From Nannocystis bainbridge (lineage in GTDB: Bacteria; Myxococcota_A; Polyangia; Nannocystales; Nannocystaceae), in assembly GCF_028368995.1 (NCBI RefSeq), contig NZ_JAQNDL010000002.1, forward strand, positions 1,600,001 through 1,664,000: 64,000 nt of DNA, read 5' to 3'. The stretch's first letter is position 1; each line of letters opens with the position of its first letter. The translations under genes and the position numbers were made by a program. Shown piece by piece: positions 8,164 to 17,788 of this stretch. The notes under the pieces were generated by a model, which did no database searches, was not told where the DNA came from, and saw only the letters and a list, made by a program, of their open reading frames with translations.

Positions 8164-10398
8164 TCAGCGCCGCGGCGTGATGCGCCAGCACTTGTGGATC
8201 TTCGGGCTGCGCGCGAAGTCCTTGGGGATCGTCGTCGCCGACAGGTCCTCGATGTCGAGGTCGGCGAGGGCCTCCTGGTCGAGGCGGAAGCGCCGGTAGT
8301 TGGTCGAGAAGATCAGCACCCCGTCGCGCTCGAGCAGGCGCACCGCGGACCGGATCAGCTCGACGTGGTCGCGCTGCACGTCGAGCACGCCCTCCATCCT
8401 CTTCGAGTTGGAGAACGTCGGCGGGTCGAGGAAGATGGCGCCGTAGCGGCGCAGCTCGCGGGCCATGAACTCGCGGCACTCGGCCTCGACGACCCGGTGC
8501 TGCGGCCCGCGCAGCCCGTTGAGCTCGAGGTTGCGGCGGGCCCACGCGCAGTACGTGGTCGAGAGGTCGACCGTGGTCGTCGACAGCGCCCCGGCCTTGC
8601 CGGCGTAGACCGAGGCCGTACCGGTGTACGCGAACAGGTTGAGGAACCGCTTGCCGCGGGCCACCTGGCCGACCAGCGCGCGGGTGTCGCGATGGTCGAG
8701 GAACAGCCCGGTGTCGAGGTAATCGGTGAGGTTGACGAGGAAGCGCCCTGGCCCCTCGCGCACCTCGATCAGGTCGCCGGCGTCGTCGCGGCGGCCGTAC
8801 TGCCCGCCGCCCTTGGCCCGCTCGCGGCGCTTGCAGACCACCTGCGCCGCCGGCAGCTCGAGCGCGTCGGGGATCACGCGCAGCGCCTCGCGCAGGCGCG
8901 CCGCGGCCCGCACCGGATCGATCTCGGACGGCGCCGCGTACTCCTGGACCAGCGCCCAGTCGCGGTAGAGGTCGACCGCGACCGCGTACTCGGGGATGTC
9001 GGAGTCGTAGACCCGGAAGGCCTCGATCCCGTGGCGCGCGGCCCAGCTGCCGAGCTGCTTGCGGTTCTTCCGCAGCCGATTGAACAGCGCCTCGCCGCCC
9101 TCGCTGCGGGTGTACGTGCGCGGCGGCGGGGCCTCGCGCGGGATCTCGAAGCGCAGCAGGTTGACCGCGATCGCCCCGTTGTAGAGCACGTGGCGCCGCT
9201 CGGCCCGCAGCCCGATCGCGTGGCCGAGCTCGAGGTCGGGCGCCAGGATCGCCGCCTTCCAGCCGCCGAAGTGGTCGCGCAGGCGCGCGCCGAGCAGCTC
9301 GTAGAGCGCCGGCATGTCGGCCCGGACCCCGAGCCGCTCGCCGTACGGCGGGTTGGTGGCGACGAGGCCCGTGATCTTCGGGACATGTCCCGAAGGACCT
9401 GTCTCGGCAGACTTGACCTCACGAACATGTCCCGAAGGACCTGTCTCCGGGGCCACCAGCTCGGCGAGCTCGCGCCGCTCGACGCGGATCCGGCCGCCGA
9501 GGCCCGCGCGCGCCGCGTTGGCGATCGCCGCCTTGACCGCCGCCGGATCGCCGTCGTAGCCGAAGATCGGCGGCACCTTGTCGATCCCGATCGCCGCCCG
9601 CGCGCGCGCCTCGGTCAGCAATTCGTCCCACAGCGCCTTCTGGTGGCCACGCCAGCCGAGGAAGCCGAAGTACTCGCGGCCGAGCCCCGGCGCGCGGTCG
9701 CAGGCCATGTGGGCCGCCTCGATCAGCAGCGTGCCCGAGCCGCACATCGGATCGACCAGCAGCGCGCCCGCGGCCGCCAGCGCCGGCCAGCCCGCGCGCA
9801 TCAGCAGGCCCGCCGCCAGGTTCTCTTTGATCGGCGCCTCGGCCCCTTCTTCGCGGTAGCCGCGACGGTGTAGGCCCTCGCCGGCGAGGTCGATCGAGAT
9901 CACGGCCTCGTCGTGGGATGTCTCCTGGAACATGCCCTTGATGCCATGTCCCGCCGGCTTGCGCAGGTGCACGCTGACGCGCACGTCGGGCCGCTGCACC
10001 GCGACGTCGGGGCGCACGCCGCTGCCGGCATTGAACTGATCGACGATCGCGTCCTTGACCCGCTGCGCGCCGAAGCGGGTGTGCACGATCGCCGCGTTGG
10101 CGCCGGTGAAGTCGACCGCCATCGTCCCGCGCGCCGACATGTGCTGGCGCCAGTCGACCCGCTGCACCGTGGTGTAGAGCTCGTCGGCGTCGCGCGCCGG
10201 CCCCGTCGAGACCTCGAGCAGCACGCGCCCGGCCAGCCGCGACCACAGGCACGCGCGGTAGCCGATGACCAGCGGCCCGCGGAAATACACGCCCGCCGGT
10301 TGGAGCCGGATCGCCGTCGCACCGAGCGCGCGGAGCTCGTCGGCGAGCAGCTCGAGGAGGCCTTGCGGAGCGCTGGCGAAGAAGTTGTGCTCGTTCAC
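8164..10398 (-). CDS. rlmKL: Bifunctional 23S rRNA m2G2445/m7G2069 methyltransferase RlmKL
   Basis: CLWSRLAGRVL, LHRRGYR, DPMCGSGT, NPPYGERL, YLDTGLFLDHR, LNLFAYTG and DPPTFSNSKRM. Confidence 0.95.
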   Translation of the reverse strand: MNEHNFFASAPQGLLELLADELRALGATAIRLQPAGVYFRGPLVIGYRACLWSRLAGRVLLEVSTGPARDADELYTTVQRVDWRQHMSARGTMAVDFTGANAAIVHTRFGAQRVKDAIVDQFNAGSGVRPDVAVQRPDVRVSVHLRKPAGHGIKGMFQETSHDEAVISIDLAGEGLHRRGYREEGAEAPIKENLAAGLLMRAGWPALAAAGALLVDPMCGSGTLLIEAAHMACDRAPGLGREYFGFLGWRGHQKALWDELLTEARARAAIGIDKVPPIFGYDGDPAAVKAAIANAARAGLGGRIRVERRELAELVAPETGPSGHVREVKSAETGPSGHVPKITGLVATNPPYGERLGVRADMPALYELLGARLRDHFGGWKAAILAPDLELGHAIGLRAERRHVLYNGAIAVNLLRFEIPREAPPPRTYTRSEGGEALFNRLRKNRKQLGSWAARHGIEAFRVYDSDIPEYAVAVDLYRDWALVQEYAAPSEIDPVRAAARLREALRVIPDALELPAAQVVCKRRERAKGGGQYGRRDDAGDLIEVREGPGRFLVNLTDYLDTGLFLDHRDTRALVGQVARGKRFLNLFAYTGTASVYAGKAGALSTTTVDLSTTYCAWARRNLELNGLRGPQHRVVEAECREFMARELRRYGAIFLDPPTFSNSKRMEGVLDVQRDHVELIRSAVRLLERDGVLIFSTNYRRFRLDQEALADLDIEDLSATTIPKDFARSPKIHKCWRITPRR
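9381..9447. repeat. 14-bp-period array inside rlmKL, including a 42-bp-offset duplication
   Basis: Cores at 9384, 9398, 9412, 9426, 9440; ACATGTCCCGAAGGACCTGTCTC at 9383 and 9425; peptide ETGPSGHV occurs twice. Confidence 0.85.
9914..9951. repeat. 14-bp-period array inside the rlmKL THUMP region
   Basis: GATG 9917, CATG 9931, CATG 9945; encodes PAGHGIKGMFQETS. Confidence 0.7.
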
Positions 10399-10529
10399 GT
10401 GGCGCCCGGGCTATAGCGACTTTCGCGCGCGCACGCGAGTCTGCCCGCGCGTGCGTCGACTTGCACCGCGCGTGCGAGCTGACCCCGCGGACATCTGCTG
10501 CGGTGCGCCGTCTGCGACGTGGGCCACGC

Positions 10530-12374
10530 TCACACCCGTCTGCGACGGCGGCGGGCGCCCGCGAGCGCCAGCAGGCCCAACAGACCTGGCGCCAGCCGAT
10601 CTTCCGATCCGCCGAGCGAGCAGGCGCCGTGCTGGCCGTAGCCTGGTGGCAAGGCGCCGCCGCCGGCCGAGCTCGGGCCCTCGCCGCCGGTCGACGACGA
10701 CGCGTCGCCGCCGCTGCCGGGGATCCCGTCGGTGGTCGGCACCTCGCCGCCGCTCTCGTCCCCGCCCGTGCCCGTGCTGCCCTCGCTGTCCCCGCCGGTC
10801 CCGCCCTCGGGCGGGCACAGCGGATCGGCGGGATCGCCCTCGGGCGCGCATTGCGGGTCGTCGAGCATGTACACCGCCGAACCTGTCCCCTGGACCAGGA
10901 ACGGCTCCGGCCGCACATCTGTCCCTTGGGGCATGGCCATGAGGTCAGCCAGAGCGATCGCCTGCGCCGTCGCCGGGTCGAACTGCCAGGCCGCCGCGAC
11001 CTCGGCGCTGGCGATGAGGCGGCGGAACCCGGCGTCGACCAGCCACAGCGTCGGGTCGCCGGCGACCTGGACCAGCGCCGGCGCGCCCGCGATCGCCTGC
11101 CACTCGGGGATCGCGTTCAACGTCGGATCGTCGACCTTCGCCATCTGCCAGAACGTCGACAGCGACCACGCCTGCAGCGCCGCCGGGTCGGGCACGTGGC
11201 GGCGCACGCCCGGCGGCAGCGGCGGCGGCGGGCAGGCGAACTGGCGCGGGCTGCCGTCGAGCTGCGCCGGTCCGTCGCCGCCGAGATCGACCCCGTAGAC
11301 GTAGACCGGGTGCGATGCGCCGTCGAGCAGGCTGCGCGGCAGCGGCGACGAGAACCCGTGCGCGCACGAGCCGATCGCCATGCACAGATCGTCGCGGTGC
11401 TGGTCGGCCGTCAGCGTCACCTCGACCGCGTTGGCGTCGCCGTGCGCCGCCAGGAAGCTGACGATCGCGTCGACCGGCGCGTCCTTCTGATCCGGATCCC
11501 AGGCCCAGCCCTGGATCCCCGCCGCGCAGTCGGCCGCGTCGAACGAGCCCGCGGCCGGCTGGTTCGGCGGCACCACGCACCCTCCTTGCGCCTGCAAGAT
11601 CTCGATGTCGGCGCCGAAGTAGAAGCGGACGATGTCGACGACTTTGTAGCCCTTCGTGTTCTCGAGGCAGCGCGCGCCCCACTGCGACATGCAGCCGCGG
11701 TTCTGCCCGTAACCATTGGTCCCGAGGTTCTCCGGGAACACGAACCCGAGCGACGTCTGGTCGACGTCGTAGACCGTCTTGCCCTCGTTGAAGGTCACGT
11801 ACTGCTCGGTGCCGGACACCGTCGGATTGTCGGTGTCGATGCAGCTCGCCGGCTGCTTGTTGTCGCCGGCGACGTAAAAGGCGTAGGTCAGCCAGCCGTT
11901 GTAGGACAGGTACTGCCCGGCCGTCGCCGCCACCGCGTCGTAGTGGACCTGCTGCGGCTCGGCCCCGCACGTGTACACCTGGCAGCCCTGGCCGTCGCAG
12001 ATCTGGCCGTCGTTGAACATCGCGTAGTAGGCCACCGAGCGGGCCGCGATCGCCTGGGCCTTGAGCGCCTCGAGGTTGGCCCCGCCGTTCTCGCAGGTGA
12101 TCACGTGCGGCAGGTAATCGGTCTCCATCGCCCGCGACACCCCCTCGACGACGATGTCGCAGTAGGCCCCGCCGAGCGGGACCGGCACCGCCGTCAGCGG
12201 CTCGGGCAGCGGCATCGCCCAGTCCTGCGGCGAAGTCATGCCGCGCGGGGCGCCTGACCTATCGGACAGGTCCGAAAGACCATCCGCGAGCTCGACGCGC
12301 TCGACCTCCGCGTCCGCCCGGGCGGGGTCACAGGCCGAGAGCGACAGCAGCACGAAGAGGGCGGCGCGGGGCAT
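10530..12374 (-). CDS. Secreted SpoIID/LytB-domain protein with MYXO-CTERM-like tail
   Basis: YLPHVITCE..LEALKAQAIAARS (SpoIID-like), CMSQWGA, acidic Gly/Ser linker, C-terminal GACSL...LLGLLALAGARRRRRR; start 12374 gives lipobox LSAC. Confidence 0.78.
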   Translation of the reverse strand: MPRAALFVLLSLSACDPARADAEVERVELADGLSDLSDRSGAPRGMTSPQDWAMPLPEPLTAVPVPLGGAYCDIVVEGVSRAMETDYLPHVITCENGGANLEALKAQAIAARSVAYYAMFNDGQICDGQGCQVYTCGAEPQQVHYDAVAATAGQYLSYNGWLTYAFYVAGDNKQPASCIDTDNPTVSGTEQYVTFNEGKTVYDVDQTSLGFVFPENLGTNGYGQNRGCMSQWGARCLENTKGYKVVDIVRFYFGADIEILQAQGGCVVPPNQPAAGSFDAADCAAGIQGWAWDPDQKDAPVDAIVSFLAAHGDANAVEVTLTADQHRDDLCMAIGSCAHGFSSPLPRSLLDGASHPVYVYGVDLGGDGPAQLDGSPRQFACPPPPLPPGVRRHVPDPAALQAWSLSTFWQMAKVDDPTLNAIPEWQAIAGAPALVQVAGDPTLWLVDAGFRRLIASAEVAAAWQFDPATAQAIALADLMAMPQGTDVRPEPFLVQGTGSAVYMLDDPQCAPEGDPADPLCPPEGGTGGDSEGSTGTGGDESGGEVPTTDGIPGSGGDASSSTGGEGPSSAGGGALPPGYGQHGACSLGGSEDRLAPGLLGLLALAGARRRRRRV

Positions 12375-12671
12375 GAGAGACACCTCCAACTTTCGCATGA
12401 TGCCCCGGGCAGTTTCGCGCCACAAGAGAACTCGAGGTGCCGTCGAGGCCCCATCGCGTGCGCGCATCGGTCCACCCGCGGACCTCGCACCTCGCCGACG
12501 CGCCGGCCCCAGCCGGCCCCGCGCGCGACCGCGGCCGCACGAGACGCGGAGCCTGACGCCGGCCGCAGCGAGGACGTGGAGCATCACCCGACCTGCAGTT
12601 CACGCGTCCGCAGTCCAGGCGCGATGACGGGAATGCTCCGCCTGCGCTACGGTTTCCTGGTCGCTGACGTG

Positions 12672-15600
12672 ATGGTTGCGAACCGACGCGTGACATCGCC
12701 TTGGACCTGGCTCGCGCGCGCGCTGGGCCTCGGCGTGTTCGCGCTCGCCTGCGAGCCCGCCGATCCGTGCCAGCGCACCGGCGCCGGCGCGCTGTGCCTC
12801 GACCTCGCCAATGCACGGACCTACGGCTGGGGCCTTTCCACAGCCAGCCTCGCTGTCGCCGACCTCGACGCCGACGGCGTGCCCGACATCGTCGGCGCCG
12901 GTGACGCTCGCGGCACGGTGGGCGCGATGTGGGGCCGTCCCGGCGCACATGGCGTTCAGGACATGTTCGATGGGACATGGACATCCTGGTGGGTCGGCGC
13001 GCCCACGCGCGACCTCGTCGTCGCCGATCTCGACGGCGACGGCCGGCTCGACGTCGCCACCGCCCTGCCCGAGAGCGGTGAGATCGCGGTCCTGCGCGGC
13101 CGCGGCGGGCGCGAACTCGGCGAGCCGCAGCGGATCGCCGTCGACGCGGGCCCGCGCCGGCTCGTCGCCGCCGACCTCGACGGCGCGGGGCCGCCCGAGC
13201 TCGTGGTCGTCAACGAGACCGCCGGCACGCTGACGATCGTGCGCGACCTCGTCGCCGATCCGCCGCTCGCCGTCGGCCCCGGCGCGCGCGACCTGGCGGT
13301 CGCCGACCTCGACGGCGACGGTCACCGCGACGTCGCGGTCGCCGTCACCGAGGCCGGCGCGATCCAGGTTCTGCTCGGCGACGGGCACGGCGGTCTCGTG
13401 ACCGGCCCTCGGCACGCCGTCGGCCTCGCGCCCACGGACATCGTCGCCGCCGATCTCGACGGCGACGGCGCGATCGATCTCGCCACCCTCGACGTGCTCG
13501 CCGACGACGTCACGATCCTCCACGGCGACGGCCGGGCTCGCCTGCGCGCGCGCACCCGCTGGCCCGTCGATCTCGATCCGGTCGACCTCGCGGTCTCGCC
13601 CGACTCTACCGGCCAGCCTGTCCTTTACGTCCTGTCCGAAGTGACAGGCAACGTCCAGCGCGTCGACCCGCGCCGCGGCGTGGTCCTGACCGCCAGCCCG
13701 CGCACCTCCCCGAGCCAGCTGCTCGTCGGCGATCTCGACGGCGACGGCCGCGACGCCCTCCTTTATGCTCGCGGCGGCGACGGCCTCGGCGAGCTGGCGC
13801 CCGAGCGCGGCCTGCGACTCGAAGCGCTGTGGCAGCGCGAGCGCACCGGCACCGCCTTCCCGGTCGACCTCGAGGCTGACGGCGTCGACGAGCTGCTCAT
13901 CGATCTCGACGATCAGCCCGAGCCCGATCCGGCGACCGAGCCGTCGCGGGTCGTGGCGCTGGTCCGCGGACCCGAACCCCTCGACCTCGAGCTCGAGACC
14001 GGCCTCGCGGACGCGCTGCAGGGCGCCGTCGCGGCCGACTTCGACGGCGACGGACGCAACGACCTCGTGCTGTGGACGCGCAGCCATACGGCTGTCCTCC
14101 TGCGCCGCCCCGACGGCAGCTTCGCCCCCGGCGTGTCTGCCCCCTACTTCGGCGAGCCGGAGGAGCACGCCGTGGTGCGCGGCGGCGACCGGGCCCGGCT
14201 CGTGTTCGCCGGCCCGGGCGGCCTCTCTTTCCTGCACCTCGGCCCCGAGGGCGCGCTCGTCGTCGAAGCCGAGGTCTCGCTGCAAGGCCGCTTCAGAGGC
14301 CTCTCCACCATCGATCTCGCCGGCGACGGTCGCACCGACCTCGTGGTCCACGTGGCGGAGTCGCTGGTGTTGGTCGAGGGCCTCGATCCCGACGCGACGC
14401 GGGTGATCGAGCTGCCCGCGCTCGCCGACAGCCGCGCGCTCGTCCTCGTGCCTGGCGACCACGCGGGGCCCGACGCGCTGGTCTGCACCTCGGACGGCCT
14501 CGTCCACGCGCCCGACCTGTTCGGTCCTTCGCCTGGCGATACGACCCTGCTCGACCCCGATCGCTGCCAGCAGCTCGGCCTCTTCGATCTCGACGGCGAC
14601 GGCCGACGCACCGAGGTCGTCAGCCTGCGCTCGTCGGCCCTGCTGGGCGACCTCGTGCGCGTCCACATGACGCCGTGGCAGCGCGACGACGGGGCCTGGC
14701 GCTCGCTCGCCCCGCGGACCGTCGTCCATGTCCAGGGCTCGCCGCGGCTGATCGCGCAGGACGGCGGTCGGATGGCCCTGCTGCGCAATACGACCGCGAG
14801 CGACATGGTCGCGGAGGACATGTCCTTCGGGCCAGCTCTCCTCGCCCGCCCGCGCGCACAGCTCGACGTCTTCAGCGACGCGACGCTCGGTGATTTCGAC
14901 GGCGACGGCGCCCTCGACGTGTTCGTCCGCGTCGGTCGCCCCGGCAATACCGGCCGCCTCGGCTTCGCGTTCGGCGACGGCGACGGCGGCTTCGGCCCGA
15001 CCGAGCTGCGCGGCGGCCCGGGGCGCGACGACCTGTTCTCTTATCGAGCCCGCGCTGTCCAGCTCGACGACGACGCCGGCGACGAGATCGTCCTGCTGGT
15101 CCATTCGCAGGATCAGACGCGCTCGCTGCTGGTCCGCCTCGATCTCGAGGGCGGCGAGCTGCGACGGCGTGACCTCCTGCAGATCCCCTCGTTCTGGCCT
15201 GCGGAGCTGCTGGTCGGCGATCTCGACGGCGACGGTCGGCGCGACCTCCTCGTCCTCGCTACCGTACCGGGTGGCGGGCCGGCCACCGGCGGCGGGCTGC
15301 TCCCACGCGCCGCCTTCCTGCGCAACCTGGACGGGGGGCTCGCCCCTGCTCGCTGGCAGGACCTCGACGGCATCGTCGGCTTCAACTCGCAGCTCGCCGA
15401 TCTCGACGGCGACGGACGCCTCGACCTGTACTCGAACGGCCTCGGCATGCAGGTCGCGTTCGGCCGCGGCGACGGTCGTTTCGGGCCCATGCGGACGTGG
15501 AGTCCGCTCGCGCCCGACGAAATCGCCGTCGCCGATATCGACCGCGACGGCCGCCCCGACGTGCTCGCCGTCGTCTTCGACTACGACACCCCGCCCCCGC

Positions 15601-15905
15601 ACAACCTGCAGGTCCTGCACCTGCGCGGCGGCGCCACGGCCGGCCCACCGCGGGCCATTTTCTCCGGCGGTCTCAGCGTCGACGTCGCCGACCTCGACGG
15701 CGACGGCGAGCTCGAAGTGCTCGTCGTCGACCTCGAAGGCGCCCTCCAGGTCGGCCATCACCGCGACGGCACGTTCCGCTTCGAACGCCACCCGCTGCCC
15801 GGCGCTCTCGGCTACGTCCGCGTGCGTGACCTCGACGGCGACGGTCTGCCCGACATCACGCTCCTCAGCTCCGCCGCGATCACCACCGTGAGACAATTGC
15901 CGTGA
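12672..15905 (+). CDS. FG-GAP/VCBS repeat lipoprotein
   Basis: More than 15 (A/G)DLDGDGxxD repeats; lipobox ALAC; start uncertain (12576-12690). Confidence 0.85.
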   Translation: MVANRRVTSPWTWLARALGLGVFALACEPADPCQRTGAGALCLDLANARTYGWGLSTASLAVADLDADGVPDIVGAGDARGTVGAMWGRPGAHGVQDMFDGTWTSWWVGAPTRDLVVADLDGDGRLDVATALPESGEIAVLRGRGGRELGEPQRIAVDAGPRRLVAADLDGAGPPELVVVNETAGTLTIVRDLVADPPLAVGPGARDLAVADLDGDGHRDVAVAVTEAGAIQVLLGDGHGGLVTGPRHAVGLAPTDIVAADLDGDGAIDLATLDVLADDVTILHGDGRARLRARTRWPVDLDPVDLAVSPDSTGQPVLYVLSEVTGNVQRVDPRRGVVLTASPRTSPSQLLVGDLDGDGRDALLYARGGDGLGELAPERGLRLEALWQRERTGTAFPVDLEADGVDELLIDLDDQPEPDPATEPSRVVALVRGPEPLDLELETGLADALQGAVAADFDGDGRNDLVLWTRSHTAVLLRRPDGSFAPGVSAPYFGEPEEHAVVRGGDRARLVFAGPGGLSFLHLGPEGALVVEAEVSLQGRFRGLSTIDLAGDGRTDLVVHVAESLVLVEGLDPDATRVIELPALADSRALVLVPGDHAGPDALVCTSDGLVHAPDLFGPSPGDTTLLDPDRCQQLGLFDLDGDGRRTEVVSLRSSALLGDLVRVHMTPWQRDDGAWRSLAPRTVVHVQGSPRLIAQDGGRMALLRNTTASDMVAEDMSFGPALLARPRAQLDVFSDATLGDFDGDGALDVFVRVGRPGNTGRLGFAFGDGDGGFGPTELRGGPGRDDLFSYRARAVQLDDDAGDEIVLLVHSQDQTRSLLVRLDLEGGELRRRDLLQIPSFWPAELLVGDLDGDGRRDLLVLATVPGGGPATGGGLLPRAAFLRNLDGGLAPARWQDLDGIVGFNSQLADLDGDGRLDLYSNGLGMQVAFGRGDGRFGPMRTWSPLAPDEIAVADIDRDGRPDVLAVVFDYDTPPPHNLQVLHLRGGATAGPPRAIFSGGLSVDVADLDGDGELEVLVVDLEGALQVGHHRDGTFRFERHPLPGALGYVRVRDLDGDGLPDITLLSSAAITTVRQLP
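12945..12982. repeat. 14-bp-period array inside the FG-GAP gene
   Basis: CATG at 12948, 12962, 12976. Confidence 0.7.
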
Positions 15906-16987
15906 CCGCCCGCCTCCTGACCCTCCTCCTCGTGTTGCTCGCCTGCGACCGCCTGCCCGAGCCGCACCTCGAGGGTCAGCACATCCGCCTCGGCGCCAGC
16001 CCAGGCCACGAGCCGTGCGCCGGCAACCTCGCCCACATGGATCGTTTCATCAGCCTCCTGGCCGCCGAGCTGGGCGTGACGCCGCCGACCGGCGACGACC
16101 GCTTCACCTTTTACTGGCTCGACCAGGACGACTTCCTCGACCTCTCGCCCTGCCCGCGCGAGGTCACCGCCTGCGCCGTCTTCGGCACCGTCTACTCGCG
16201 CGCCGCGATGCTCGACCACGAGTTGGTCCACCTGCTCGACTACGGCACCGCGACCTTCTTCGGCGAGGGCTTCGCCGTCGCCTACGAGGGCCTCGGCGCC
16301 GACGTCATGGGCGGACTGCCGCCCCGCGTCGGCCGCCGCGACATCTGGGGCTCGCTGCTCTCGGTCCTGTGGTTCGGCGTCGATTACGACGACGCTGGCG
16401 CCTTCGTCGCCTACCTCCTCGATCGCCACGGCCTCGCCAAATTCCAGGCCGCGCTGCCCCGGTTCCCGATGCTCGCCTCGCGCGCCGGCATCGATCGCGT
16501 GTTCCGCGAGCAGTTCGGCGTCTCGCTCGAGGACAGCGTCGCCGACTTCATGGACGGGCGCGAGGCTTGCCCGCACATCGCCTACGATCGCAAGCTGATG
16601 GAGTGCGACGTCCCGCGGATCGCCTGGGACGGCCGGCACCACGCCGAGTATCGCCGCCTCGCCGCCGACGAGCCCGACGCCGTCGGCCCGTTCGGCGCCT
16701 CCGACCTCATGGTGCTGCGCGGCATCGACATCCCGGAGGACGGCACCTACGACCTCGACATCATCGCCGACCTGCGCGCCGACTCCCGGCCGCCGTACAC
16801 CCGGCCGACGCTCACTCTTGTCGGCTGCGGCGGCTGCGACGACGAGCCGGTCTTTCACGCGATCACGGGTCGGCAACGCGTCGAGCTGCGCGCCGGCCGT
16901 CACGCCCTGCGCCTGCACAGCTCCACCGCCGCCGACATCCGCGTCGCCTGGTCGATCACCCGCGTCGACGACACGAAGCCGCGCTGA
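15902..16987 (+). CDS. Lipoprotein with HExxH motif (possible gluzincin-like metallopeptidase)
   Basis: Lipobox LLAC; DHELVH followed by FFGEGFA; GTGA overlap with the upstream gene. Confidence 0.7.
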   Translation: MTARLLTLLLVLLACDRLPEPHLEGQHIRLGASPGHEPCAGNLAHMDRFISLLAAELGVTPPTGDDRFTFYWLDQDDFLDLSPCPREVTACAVFGTVYSRAAMLDHELVHLLDYGTATFFGEGFAVAYEGLGADVMGGLPPRVGRRDIWGSLLSVLWFGVDYDDAGAFVAYLLDRHGLAKFQAALPRFPMLASRAGIDRVFREQFGVSLEDSVADFMDGREACPHIAYDRKLMECDVPRIAWDGRHHAEYRRLAADEPDAVGPFGASDLMVLRGIDIPEDGTYDLDIIADLRADSRPPYTRPTLTLVGCGGCDDEPVFHAITGRQRVELRAGRHALRLHSSTAADIRVAWSITRVDDTKPR

Positions 16988-17029
16988 ACCTCGTGGCCCT
17001 CCAAGCCGGCTCGCGCGCCAGGTCGTTCC

Positions 17030-17103
17030 GAGCATGTCCCGAGGGACAGTACGAAATGTCTATCGAGACATGTCTATCGGAGCATGTCCGAATGGCCATG
17101 CGA
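17030..17103. repeat. 14-bp-period palindrome array
   Basis: Cores at 17033/17047, then 17055, 17069, 17083, 17097; convergent junction. Confidence 0.8.
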
Positions 17104-17140
17104 CCCGTCCCTCGTACCCGCGGCCAGGGTTCGTCGCGGC

Positions 17141-17701
17141 TCACGACGGCCGCGGCGTCTTCCTGACCCGCTCCGCCGCCTCGCGCTCCGCCCCGGTCGG
17201 CGCCCCGGTCTTGCGCGCGCACGCGTCGATCAGCGCCTGCGCGCGCTCGCGGGCGACCCCCGGCGTCGCCTCGCGGAACGCCCGCGCCTGACAGGCTGCG
17301 AAGCGCAGGTTGTCCGCGGCCAGGCAATGGGCCTGCGCCGGATCGAGCTCGACCCCCTTCATCACCGCCCACTTCTCCGCCTCCGCCGCGTCGCCCTGGA
17401 CCCGCTGCTTCACGAACCCGTCGTAGGCCGCGCGCATCTCGGCGCAGCCGGTCTCGATGTCGGCCGGCAGCGTCCCCGGCACCGTCGCCGCCTCCTCGAT
17501 AGCCGCCTCGATCGCCTGCGCGCGATCGGCCTCCACCTTCTGCTTCAGCCGGCGCATGTCCTCGCCCGCCTGCCTGGCCTCGGCCGCGGGGTCGCCCTGC
17601 TTCTCGAACGCCGCGGCGATGCTCTTCGCTTGCCCGCCCGCCGGCCCTTCACCGCAGGCGAGCAGCAGCGGCGCCCCCAGCAGGGCTGCCCACGGGTGCA
17701 T
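17141..17701 (-). CDS. Hypothetical lipoprotein
   Basis: MHPWAALLGAPLLLAC lipobox; helical, Cys-containing body. Confidence 0.75.
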   Translation of the reverse strand: MHPWAALLGAPLLLACGEGPAGGQAKSIAAAFEKQGDPAAEARQAGEDMRRLKQKVEADRAQAIEAAIEEAATVPGTLPADIETGCAEMRAAYDGFVKQRVQGDAAEAEKWAVMKGVELDPAQAHCLAADNLRFAACQARAFREATPGVARERAQALIDACARKTGAPTGAEREAAERVRKTPRPS

Positions 17702-17788
17702 TCGTCCAGGTACCATCGTGGCCTCCAGCTTCGTTGCAGGCGCAACCATGCCAGAGGTCCGGGGCCGCGCCAGCCGGCGGCGACGACT

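Noticed and set aside
12600-15896. Very long antisense or alternate-frame ORFs (e.g. 12600-15896, 22470-25055, 29182-33303, 37497-41102, 51739-55224)
   Set aside because: Shadow ORFs expected at this GC content; they overlap genes with clear motifs and have no recognisable domains.
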